Assembly (NCBI RefSeq): GCF_900103135.1 | Contig: NZ_FNGO01000002.1 | Location: 20,480-52,479 of the forward strand | Direction: 5' to 3' | DNA: 32,000 bases | Origin: Halarsenatibacter silvermanii | Lineage (GTDB): Bacteria > Bacillota > Halanaerobiia > Halanaerobiales > Halarsenatibacteraceae | Shown: in pieces, positions 1 to 7,453 of the stretch | How positions within the stretch are numbered: the first letter of the stretch is position 1 | How the letters are laid out: the number at the start of each line of letters is the position of its first letter | The notes under the pieces: model-generated | Databases searched by the model: none | What the model was told of the DNA's origin: nothing | Seen by the model: the letters and a program-made list of their open reading frames with translations, nothing else | Translations under genes and position numbers: made by a program

Positions 1-205
1 GCAAAAGCTCCTCGGCCAAGCGCCGGGAGCCGGTGCCGCTGCCAATGACCAGATGCCGGGGATGATATTCTTCCACCAGTTTCCCGGTGCCGGCTGCTGC
101 CTCATCCCGGGAAATGATGGTCATCTCGCAGACCTCTCCCTTTCCGGTTAAAACGGCAGCTCCCACCTTCTCCCGGCCGGGATCGAGCGCAATAATGTCA
201 GACAT
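1..205 (-). CDS. YqgF/RuvX-like RNase H-fold nuclease, N-terminal fragment (gene runs off the left edge of the window)
   Basis: My own minus-strand translation from the ATG at 205 reads MSDIIALDPGREKVGAAVLTGKGEVCEMTIISRDEAAAGTGKLVEEYHPRHLVIGSGTGSRRLAEELL... and stays open to position 1. 'ALDPGxxKxGxAV' and 'LVIGxGTGS' resemble the N-terminal Asp motif and second strand of YqgF/RuvX-type nucleases. The start overlaps the upstream gene's stop (198-200) by 8 nt. It is absent from the ORF track because it is truncated. Confidence 0.4.
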   Translation of the reverse strand, partial: MSDIIALDPGREKVGAAVLTGKGEVCEMTIISRDEAAAGTGKLVEEYHPRHLVIGSGTGSRRLAEELL

Positions 206-1364
206 CCTCTTCATCTCCGGAAAATTCTATCCGGGCGGCCTCTTCCTCTCCCGAAGCCGCCTCGATGGAAAAGGTAATGTTATCGCTCAAACGATCACTG
301 CGCCAGATCTCCTCGCTGGCTTCAACTTTGACGCTTACCTCTCCTTCATACTCCTGTATATCGCTGACCAGCTGATAGAAGTTGACAAAATCCAGGCTGC
401 CGACGGTGCCGTCGATATTCTGCAGAATTCCCTCCTGGGAAGCATGATAATTCACCTCGGCCAGGAGCTCTCTCAATTCATCATCTATCTCGGAGGTGCT
501 GCTGTCGGCATCTATGGTCCGATCGGCTATGCTTTCTCCTTCATCGTAGACCACAAAATTCCTGTTAAGATGCAGATCAGCCCGCAGTTTATCATGCCGG
601 GGCACATTGACCCGGGCCGCCAGACTGATTATCATCCGCTCGCCCCGCTCTAAATTATAGAGCAGCTGGGCGGCATGCAGAATATCCTCGGTCTGCAGAT
701 GCAGCGCCATACCGGTATCGTCATCGAGCTCGATCGGCCGTTCGGAAGCAGCCGCATTGGCCTGGGCCAAAAAGTCATTGATATCGGCTATAATCTCGTC
801 CTCACTGCGCCCGCCCTCTATCACAGCGGAATAGATTATCTCACCGCGGCGGAAGACGATATCCTCATCCCGGAAATAGGCCAGCTGATCCCGGGCCTCG
901 TCCAGTTCCTCGCTCACTGCGGCCAGCTCTTCGTTCAGCTCCTCGATTCTATTCTCCAGCTCGTAGCGCTCGCCGCTCAAATCATCGACCATCACCTGCA
1001 GCTCATCCCGTTCGTCTCTCAATTCATCGAGCCGACCCTGCAGTTCATCGCGCTGTTCTTCCATCTCTTCGACCTCCGCAGTCCGGCGCTCAAGCTCGGT
1101 ATCGAGCTGCTCGAGCCGCTCCATGACCTCGTTGATGTTGAAAAGCGCCTGCCGCAGTCCGGAATAGACCGAGAGCAGAATTACCACCGACAGGGTGGCG
1201 ATGACCATCCCGGTCACCACCGTAATGATGATCGAGGAATAGCGGGGCCTGAGCCCGAAAATGGATATGCGTTTTTTGCCGATCTTCATGCCGAGCTGAT
1301 CGCCGATGTAAGCGATCATACCCGACAGCAAAATCAGCATTATCACCAGCACAAAAGCATACAT
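198..1364 (-). CDS. DUF3084-type membrane-anchored coiled-coil protein (function unknown)
   Basis: The N-terminus 'LVIMLILLSGMIAYIGDQLGMKIGKKRISIFGLRPRYSSIIITVVTGMVIATLSVVILL' matches the GDxxGxKxGKxRxSxFxLRPR...TG pattern I recall for DUF3084 proteins. It is followed by about 100 aa of E/R/L heptad coiled coil and an acidic globular C-terminal domain. The ORF track starts at GTG 1373, but ATG 1364 sits 5 nt after AGGTGAT and is the better start. Confidence 0.6.
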   Translation of the reverse strand: MYAFVLVIMLILLSGMIAYIGDQLGMKIGKKRISIFGLRPRYSSIIITVVTGMVIATLSVVILLSVYSGLRQALFNINEVMERLEQLDTELERRTAEVEEMEEQRDELQGRLDELRDERDELQVMVDDLSGERYELENRIEELNEELAAVSEELDEARDQLAYFRDEDIVFRRGEIIYSAVIEGGRSEDEIIADINDFLAQANAAASERPIELDDDTGMALHLQTEDILHAAQLLYNLERGERMIISLAARVNVPRHDKLRADLHLNRNFVVYDEGESIADRTIDADSSTSEIDDELRELLAEVNYHASQEGILQNIDGTVGSLDFVNFYQLVSDIQEYEGEVSVKVEASEEIWRSDRLSDNITFSIEAASGEEEAARIEFSGDEEDV

Positions 1365-1373
1365 ATCAATCAC

Positions 1374-2471
1374 CTACTTTCTGGCTCTGTAAAGCATGAT
1401 CAGCCCCAGGAAAAGAAAGATCAGATTCTGCCACCAGGCTCCCAGCCAGGGCGGCAGAGTTCCCTGGCTTCCCAGGGCATCGCCCAGCGTCATCATGCCG
1501 TAATATATGAAGATGATGATCACGCTCAAGCCCATACCGGTGGCCGAGCTCCCGCCGCGGTGCTGCCTTAAGCCCAGCGGGGCGGCCATAAGCGTAAAGA
1601 TAAAGCTGGCAAAGGGAATGGCAAAATTTTGATGCCAGAGCACCCTCTCCTCTAAAGCCTCATCCCCCTGAGCTCTGAGCGCCTCGATATGAGCGGCTAG
1701 CTCGCGCTGGTTCATCTCGTCCGGATCTCTATCCAGCTCGGCCATGGCCTCAGGATCGCCGATATCAGCCTTAATCACGTATTCATCAAAATCCAGCTGA
1801 GGAATCCTCTCGCCCGGCCGCAGCTCAAACATGCGGCCCCTGTGAAAATGCCAGTCCTCATTCCGCCAGATAGCGCTTTCAGCCTCGATTAAAGAGTGCG
1901 GACGTCCTTCCTGAAATTCCTGCAGAATCACACCCGTCATCTCGCCGGTATCGGCGTTAAAATAGCTGGCATAGAGAACGAAGTCCGGGCCGTCGTGATC
2001 GGGATCCAGCGGCGTCAGAAAAAAATCGCTCTGGCTTCTCGGCAGCTCCTCTCCCGTTTCGATTCTGTGCACATGCCGGGCATAGCGATAATTGGCCCGG
2101 GGCACCACGTATTCATTGATGGCGATTGCCCCCAGACTGGCCGTGAGTCCTATGAGCAGGGCCGGCACCACCAGCCGGGTGATGCTAAAACCTCCGGCCC
2201 TCAGCGCTATAATCTCGTTATCGCCGGTAAGCCGGCTGTAACCTAATATGGTGGAAAGAAGAGCCGCCATGGGAAATGTATAGACGATAATCTGAGGTAG
2301 CGACAGCATAAAGAGTTCGATAAGCCGCAGAAAACCGATATCCCAGCTGGCGTAAAGATCGGCCAGCCGAAAGAGAATATCGGTTCCCACAAAGATGGCG
2401 GTAAAGGCTGTCACCCCGAATATAAAGGGCTTTATCAGTTCCAGCAGTATATAGCGAAAGTAAATCTTCAT
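1374..2471 (-). CDS. LPS export ABC transporter permease, LptF/LptG (YjgP/YjgQ) family
   Basis: 'MKIYFRYILLELIKPFIFGVTAFTAIFVG...' is a typical LptF/G N-terminus, with three TM helices, a large periplasmic insert, then three more TM helices. From ATG 2471 (RBS GAGAGGTG) it is 365 aa, matching the family length. The ORF-track start at 2537 adds 22 non-homologous residues. It lies directly downstream of lptB. Confidence 0.85.
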   Translation of the reverse strand: MKIYFRYILLELIKPFIFGVTAFTAIFVGTDILFRLADLYASWDIGFLRLIELFMLSLPQIIVYTFPMAALLSTILGYSRLTGDNEIIALRAGGFSITRLVVPALLIGLTASLGAIAINEYVVPRANYRYARHVHRIETGEELPRSQSDFFLTPLDPDHDGPDFVLYASYFNADTGEMTGVILQEFQEGRPHSLIEAESAIWRNEDWHFHRGRMFELRPGERIPQLDFDEYVIKADIGDPEAMAELDRDPDEMNQRELAAHIEALRAQGDEALEERVLWHQNFAIPFASFIFTLMAAPLGLRQHRGGSSATGMGLSVIIIFIYYGMMTLGDALGSQGTLPPWLGAWWQNLIFLFLGLIMLYRARK

Positions 2472-2490
2472 AAACGCACCTCTCAACTTT

Positions 2491-2519
2491 ATTATACCAT
2501 ATCGAAATCCATATCTTAA
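2491..2519 (-). promoter_or_regulatory. Putative sigma-70/SigA promoter with extended -10, upstream of lptF/G
   Basis: The minus strand reads TTAAGA (2519-2514), a 17-nt spacer ending in TGG, then TATAAT (2496-2491). This is an extended -10 'TGGTATAAT' with a 4/6 match at -35. It sits in the 77-nt lptB-lptF/G gap, about 20 nt upstream of ATG 2471. Confidence 0.4.
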
Positions 2520-2548
2520 ATCATCCGCCGCCGACAATTCCCCGCAGC

Positions 2549-3268
2549 TTACATCTTAAATCTCTCGCCCAGATAGAATTCGCGGGCCTCTTTGCTGTCG
2601 GCCACCTCATCGGCCGAGCCCGAGAGCAAAATCTCGCCCTCGTGCATGATATAGGCTCTATCGGTGGTATCGAGAGTTTCCCGCACGCTGTGATCGGTCA
2701 CCAAAACGCCCAGCCCCTTCTCCTTGAGATACTGGATTATGTCCTGTATCTCATTGACCGCGATCGGGTCGACTCCAGAAAAAGGCTCATCCAGCAGGAT
2801 AAAAGAGGGGTCGGTGGTCAGAGCCCGGGCAATTTCGACCCGGCGCCTTTCGCCGCCGGAAAGCTGATAGCCCTGACGGCCGGCTATCCGCTCGATGCTG
2901 AACTCCTCCAGCAGCTCATCGGCTCTTTTTTTCCTCTCCTCTTCGCTCATATCCTGACCCTCGAGAATGGTCAATAAATTTTTGCGCACACTCATTTTGC
3001 GGAAAACCGAAGCTTCCTGGGCCAGATAACCGATGCCCTGGCGGGCTCTTTTATACATCGGCAGCCTGGTGATATCCTCCTCATCGAGAAAGATACGGCC
3101 GCTGTCGGGACTTATCTGTCCTACTATCATATAAAAGGTAGTGGTTTTGCCAGCCCCATTCGGCCCCAGAAGACCGACTATCTCGCCTCTATTGACCTCG
3201 AGATCCACTTCATCAACCGCGCGCAGACTGCCGTAGGTTTTGACCACGCTGTCAGTTCTGAGCGTCAT
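2549..3268 (-). CDS. lptB: LPS export ABC transporter ATP-binding protein LptB
   Basis: It has Walker A 'GPNGAGKTT', ABC signature 'LSGGERRRVEIARAL', Walker B 'ILLDEPFSGVD' and an H-loop 'TDHSV'. At 239 aa it has the length, and shows the C-terminal 'EAREFYLGERF' typical of LptB. It sits between lptA and lptF/G. Confidence 0.9.
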   Translation of the reverse strand: MTLRTDSVVKTYGSLRAVDEVDLEVNRGEIVGLLGPNGAGKTTTFYMIVGQISPDSGRIFLDEEDITRLPMYKRARQGIGYLAQEASVFRKMSVRKNLLTILEGQDMSEEERKKRADELLEEFSIERIAGRQGYQLSGGERRRVEIARALTTDPSFILLDEPFSGVDPIAVNEIQDIIQYLKEKGLGVLVTDHSVRETLDTTDRAYIMHEGEILLSGSADEVADSKEAREFYLGERFKM

Positions 3269-3872
3269 TCTGCTCTTCGCCTCCGTTTTCTTCGTCTCCG
3301 TTTTCCTCTTCGTTCACACCGGATTCTTCCTCATCGAGCATGCGCACCCGGGCCTGGCCCAGAAGGTCGACTTTTTCCTCCGCTAAATCCACCTCAACTT
3401 CATCAGCCTCGAATTCATCCCGGGCCCGGGTTCCTTCAACGCCGCCGTAAAGATAGGCCATGTTCTCACCCATCATGTATTCGATCTCCTCAGCCTCCGC
3501 ATAAAGATCGATATATTCCAGATCGGGATCGCCGGTAAAAACAGCCCGTTCCTCATCGATATAATAGATCATATGCCGGGAGGAGACGAAAAGTTCGGCC
3601 GAGTCGAATTCCACATTTTCGCGAAAAATGACCTCGCCGGTAAGCGAATTAAGATCGGCCTCGGCCCCGGTCACTTCCAGCCCCTCGCTGTAAAGACGGG
3701 CATTACCCCGGGCCTCGATCAGATATTCACCCTCCTCCAGAGTGGTTATATAAATTTCATCGCCCTCCAGATCGCGGTAGGTCTGAGCAGAGATCGGGCC
3801 AGAACCGGCCGCCACCAAAACAAAAATTGTCAGTATCGTCAGCGCAAAAACCAGCGAAAATTTAGTTTTCAT
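3252..3872 (-). CDS. lptA: Periplasmic LptA/OstA-like LPS transport protein with acidic C-terminal tail
   Basis: Signal peptide 'MKTKFSLVFALTILTIFVLVAAGSGPISAQ'. The OstA-type pattern is 'IEARGNARLYSEGLEVTGAEADLNSLTGEVIFRENVEF'. ATG 3872 lies 9 nt downstream of AGGAGG, whereas the ORF-track start at 3923 has no RBS and overlaps the upstream gene. Position between the lptC-like gene and lptB supports the call. Confidence 0.6.
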   Translation of the reverse strand: MKTKFSLVFALTILTIFVLVAAGSGPISAQTYRDLEGDEIYITTLEEGEYLIEARGNARLYSEGLEVTGAEADLNSLTGEVIFRENVEFDSAELFVSSRHMIYYIDEERAVFTGDPDLEYIDLYAEAEEIEYMMGENMAYLYGGVEGTRARDEFEADEVEVDLAEEKVDLLGQARVRMLDEEESGVNEEENGDEENGGEEQNDAQN

Positions 3873-4545
3873 TTTCTTTTTCCTCCTCATCCAGCCAGCG
3901 GACGCGGGCGGGCTCATCCTCATCCCCGTAAAGTCTTATGCTTTCCAGGTCGCCGGGGGCGGTAAAACCCTGGCCGTAAGCGATAAAATCGGGCCCAAAT
4001 ATCTCTGTCGGCCTCTCCGAGCTGATCACATCATCCCGCTGCCGCCAGACCGCATCGTGAGTTTCAAAGCGCAGCCTTTCGGAGAGAATGGTGCTGGGAC
4101 CGGGAATAATGAGCTCGCCGGCCGGAATATCGTAACGGCCAAACTCGCCTTCCATGGTATAATCCGGTTCTCGTTCGGGTTCAAAATCTTCATCTGCGGG
4201 CGGTTCCTCCTCCGGATCGCTGAAGGCGGAAACGAAAACGGGCTCGAAGGTAACCTCCTGAAGCTCCTGCCGGCGCACAGCCTGCTCCGATTCGACCAGA
4301 TAATGGGTATCCCCATCGTCGCTGTAAAGCGTTAAAAGTCCATCGCGGATGGCCTCGCCGGGCTCCTCGATCAGCTCCTCGGCTTCTCGCTCCCGATCTA
4401 TCTCCTCATCCAGATCCGGGTCTACTTCTTCCGGCTGATCGGGATCGGTACAGCCGGTTAAAGCCGTCATCAGGAGCAGAAAAGTCAGCGATATTATCAA
4501 AATCCGAAAAATTTTTCCGGACAGAGCTGACAGCACATTTATCAT
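3862..4545 (-). CDS. LptC-like lipoprotein (putative)
   Basis: Signal peptide plus canonical lipobox 'LLLMTALTGC'. The C-terminal half 'TILSERLRFETHDAVWRQRDDVISSERPTEIFGPDFIAYGQGFTAPGDLESIRLYG' resembles the LptC/OstA-fold pattern. There is an ATGA start/stop overlap with lpxB, and the gene sits immediately upstream of lptA-lptB. The LptC assignment rests on weak similarity plus gene order. Confidence 0.4.
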   Translation of the reverse strand: MINVLSALSGKIFRILIISLTFLLLMTALTGCTDPDQPEEVDPDLDEEIDREREAEELIEEPGEAIRDGLLTLYSDDGDTHYLVESEQAVRRQELQEVTFEPVFVSAFSDPEEEPPADEDFEPEREPDYTMEGEFGRYDIPAGELIIPGPSTILSERLRFETHDAVWRQRDDVISSERPTEIFGPDFIAYGQGFTAPGDLESIRLYGDEDEPARVRWLDEEEKENEN

Positions 4546-5726
4546 TCCTCTCCGGTGAAGGAGGCAGGAAATCCGCCCGTCTTTATGACCAGTTCGGCCG
4601 CTCTCTCAGCGGCCCCGGGCGATCCTACCTTCTCTCTAACCTCCCGGTAGCCCTGCTGCTGGGCAAAGTTGGCCTGATCATCCAGCAGCAGCTTTCCGGC
4701 CCTTTCATATATTGTATCATCGCTGACCTCTTTTTGCACCAGCTCGGGCACAACCTCGCGTCCGAGAATGATGTTCGGCAGGCTCACGTGATCGGTGCGC
4801 AGCAAAATCCGGGCCGCCGCCGCTGTGATCCGATCAGCCCGATAAACGACCAGCTGAGGACATCCTATCAGAGCCGCCTCCAGTGTGGCGGTGCCTGAGG
4901 AGATAATGCCCAGATCGGCAGCCCCCATCACCCGGCGGGTATGACCGGCGATTATCTCCACCTCGTCGGTGAGAGAGTCATTCAATCTTTCCCGGACCAG
5001 ATTGCTGTCCTCGGAGCGAACAGCCACCACCGGCCGCAGATAATGATCATCCTGAAGTCTGCGGGCGGCTGCCAGCATCGGCTCCAGCAGGCTGTCTATC
5101 TCTCTTTTTCGGGAACCGGGCAGAAGAGCCAGAACTTTCTCGCCGGATTTAAGCCGGGGCCGTCCTTTATTTTTGATGACCTCCTCCAGCTGATCCCGGC
5201 AGCGGCGGTGATCATAGGCAGAAGTAATCTCATCCCGCAGAGGATGACCCACGTATTCCACATCGGCCCCAACTTTTTTATAGACCTCGTACTCCTGCGG
5301 AAATATAGCAGCCACTTTGACCTGCTGACGGGCCAGCCAACGGGCCCGCCACCGTCCCCAGCTCCAGGCGGAGGGAGGGATATAATGGACGGCCGGAATA
5401 TCTCTCCGGCGCAGCCCCCGGGCTAGATACATATTAAAGCCGGAATAATCGACCAATAAAGCCGCCCGGGGTTCATTTTCTTCGGCCGCTTGCAAAAGCC
5501 TGTGAGCCCGGCTCAAATGGCCGGGCAGACCGGCAATAGCCCCGGCCAGGCCGAAGCTATTTTCGCCTTCGGTCTTCACCACCTGCTTCTGCCCCAGGCG
5601 GGCTAACTCTCTGCCGCCCATCCCGCTTATCCGCAGCGGCGAAACTCTGTTCCTTATTTTTTTTGCCACCCGGGCCGCATGCATATCGCCGGAGGGCTCA
5701 CCGGCCACTATCATCAGTTCCTGCAC
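4542..5726 (-). CDS. lpxB: Lipid-A-disaccharide synthase LpxB
   Basis: The N-terminal 'IVAGEPSGDMHAARV' (E. coli 'AGEASGD') and C-terminal 'SGTATLEAALIGCPQLVVYR' are GT19 hallmarks. Length is 394 aa. The start is GTG 5726, immediately after the lpxI stop, with AAGGAGG upstream. Confidence 0.9.
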   Translation of the reverse strand: MQELMIVAGEPSGDMHAARVAKKIRNRVSPLRISGMGGRELARLGQKQVVKTEGENSFGLAGAIAGLPGHLSRAHRLLQAAEENEPRAALLVDYSGFNMYLARGLRRRDIPAVHYIPPSAWSWGRWRARWLARQQVKVAAIFPQEYEVYKKVGADVEYVGHPLRDEITSAYDHRRCRDQLEEVIKNKGRPRLKSGEKVLALLPGSRKREIDSLLEPMLAAARRLQDDHYLRPVVAVRSEDSNLVRERLNDSLTDEVEIIAGHTRRVMGAADLGIISSGTATLEAALIGCPQLVVYRADRITAAAARILLRTDHVSLPNIILGREVVPELVQKEVSDDTIYERAGKLLLDDQANFAQQQGYREVREKVGSPGAAERAAELVIKTGGFPASFTGEE

Positions 5727-6545
5727 CTAATCGATATCCTCCTTTCTCCGGGACTGCACAGCTATGCCGCTCTTTTCAGCTTTCCTGAGGAATTCTTCCT
5801 TTTCTATAATCATCACGCCGCCGGCCTCGATCACCAGCCCGGCCGCCTCAATTTCGGCCAGAAGCTCTATCGTTTTGGGTCCGACGGCCGGGATATCGAG
5901 GCGATCATCCTGCTCGGGGCGGGCTGCTTTGGCCATAATCGCTCCCGCTCCCCCCAGCCGGCCGGCTCTCTTGATGGTCTTATCGGTGCCTTCAGCCGCT
6001 TCCACAGCCAGCACGGCTCCATCCCTGAGCAAAACCGTCTGACCTATTTCCAGGCCGGCCATCCTTTGAGCCAGTTCCATCCCCCGGGCAAAATCCTTCT
6101 CCAGGCCTTCATGCTGACTCTCATCCCCGGCCAAAAGACCGATCTTTGGCCTTTCAAAATCCATATATAAATCCTGAGGCAGAAGCCTATAACCGTAATC
6201 CTCCAGCTTTCCGGCTATACCCTCCAGGATGGTTTCATCCTCGTAATCGGGCAGACCGGCTAAAAGCAGCTGCATTTCCTCGTCGAGTTCTATATCCTCA
6301 TATAATCTTTCTTTATAAACTTTGCCCAGCATAATTACATCTTCTATATTGTCCTCGTCCATCAAATCCAGCAGATCTCCCAGTCTGCCCAGTTCTATAT
6401 CGCGCACTCTCTCGGCTTTTTCCAGGGGCGGAGTTGCCTCCTGATGAATGCGGTAGGCTACCACCTCTAGTCCTGCCTTTTGGGCGCGCTCAAGCCAGAT
6501 CTCCGGCAGTTTATCTCCGCCGGCTATCAGCGCAGTTCTGGTCAT
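5727..6545 (-). CDS. lpxI: UDP-2,3-diacylglucosamine pyrophosphatase LpxI (DUF1009 family)
   Basis: 'ALIAGGDKLPE' at the N-terminus, then 'EIGQTVLLRDGAVLAVEAAEGTDKTIKRAG', '...AKAARPEQDDRLDIPAVGPKTIE' and 'GLVIEAGGVMII' are the conserved LpxI/DUF1009 blocks. It lies between lpxA and lpxB. RBS is AGGAGG 7 nt before the ATG. Confidence 0.8.
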   Translation of the reverse strand: MTRTALIAGGDKLPEIWLERAQKAGLEVVAYRIHQEATPPLEKAERVRDIELGRLGDLLDLMDEDNIEDVIMLGKVYKERLYEDIELDEEMQLLLAGLPDYEDETILEGIAGKLEDYGYRLLPQDLYMDFERPKIGLLAGDESQHEGLEKDFARGMELAQRMAGLEIGQTVLLRDGAVLAVEAAEGTDKTIKRAGRLGGAGAIMAKAARPEQDDRLDIPAVGPKTIELLAEIEAAGLVIEAGGVMIIEKEEFLRKAEKSGIAVQSRRKEDID

Positions 6546-6547
6546 CT

Positions 6548-7447
6548 TTATTCCTCCTCACTCTGACCGGGACATATTTCCTGACTCTCACAAATAAAGT
6601 CCAAAAGCTCACCGGGCCGGTCTCCGGTCCAGCTGCGGGATTTAAGTTCCTTTAACTGCCGCCTGAATTTTCGCCGGCGGGCAGCCGCACCGCTCCGCCG
6701 GGGATCGGATTTCCGGGATTTTTCATTTTCGCCTCTGTTTTTCCGAAAAAGCGCCTTAAATATTGTCTTCAGCTCGCTGAATTCATTTTTCTTTATGCCA
6801 TCACGCCTCAGCCCTACGGCATTGAGACTGTGCACGCGGGCCGGTATCCCGTCGGCCAGCAAAAAGGGGGGCACATCACTTTGAAAATGAGAATGTCCGC
6901 CCAGCATGGCCAGCCTGCCCGCTTTCACCCCGGAATCTATAACCGACATGCCGGCCACAAAAGCCGACGTATCTATGCGGGCCCCGGGGCGTACTGTGGT
7001 GGCATTGGCTATTTTTACCTGCGAGCCCAGGCTGACCCCCGGTTTTAATACCGCATAGGCCATGATGAAATTTTCATCGCCGGCTGAGACTTTCCCTTCC
7101 TGCTTGATCACCTGCTCATCAGCCTTCACGGGTGCGCTGTCGGCTGTTATCTGAACATATTCTCTGATGATATTATCCTCACCCATACGGATCTTACCGG
7201 AAGAGTAAGGTCTCTCGTCGAAAAAGCGGTGATAGCGGCAGGAATCCGTGAGAATGGCTCCGCTTTCCACCCGGCAGCCCGAACCAAGCCGGATATCGGC
7301 GGTGAGCTCGGCCCGGGCTCCGACAAAGCAATCATGGCCCAGCTTTACCTCGGGGCCTATTCTGGCCTCTGGACCTATCCAGCAGCCGGCACCCAGCTCG
7401 GCTTTATCAGCTACACTGGCTGTGGGATGAATTTCAATATCGGCCAA
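6548..7447 (-). CDS. lpxA: LpxA-family left-handed beta-helix acyltransferase homologue (divergent; conserved His residues absent)
   Basis: Hexapeptide-repeat protein with the LpxA-type N-terminus 'IEIHPTASV' and C-terminal domain 'SDVPPFLLADGIPARVHSLNAVGLRRDGI...IFKALFRKNRG'. Its fabZ-lpxA-lpxI-lpxB position fits. The start is TTG. See the finding on this gene: the positions aligning to E. coli H122/H125/H144/H160 are V/P/G/D. Confidence 0.7.
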   Translation of the reverse strand: MADIEIHPTASVADKAELGAGCWIGPEARIGPEVKLGHDCFVGARAELTADIRLGSGCRVESGAILTDSCRYHRFFDERPYSSGKIRMGEDNIIREYVQITADSAPVKADEQVIKQEGKVSAGDENFIMAYAVLKPGVSLGSQVKIANATTVRPGARIDTSAFVAGMSVIDSGVKAGRLAMLGGHSHFQSDVPPFLLADGIPARVHSLNAVGLRRDGIKKNEFSELKTIFKALFRKNRGENEKSRKSDPRRSGAAARRRKFRRQLKELKSRSWTGDRPGELLDFICESQEICPGQSEEE

Positions 7448-7453
7448 AATCGC

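Noticed and set aside
675-1571. 298-aa plus-strand ORF, and the 188-aa ORF at 87-653
   Set aside because: Both are antisense shadows of the DUF3084 and lptF/G genes. Their composition is H/Q/L/P-rich with no recognisable motifs, and neither has an RBS.
4026-4335. 96-aa minus-strand and 92-aa plus-strand ORFs nested in the LptC-like gene
   Set aside because: Both lie entirely inside a better-supported ORF that has a signal peptide, a lipobox and translational coupling to lpxB. Their products are Arg/Pro/Ser-rich out-of-frame artefacts.
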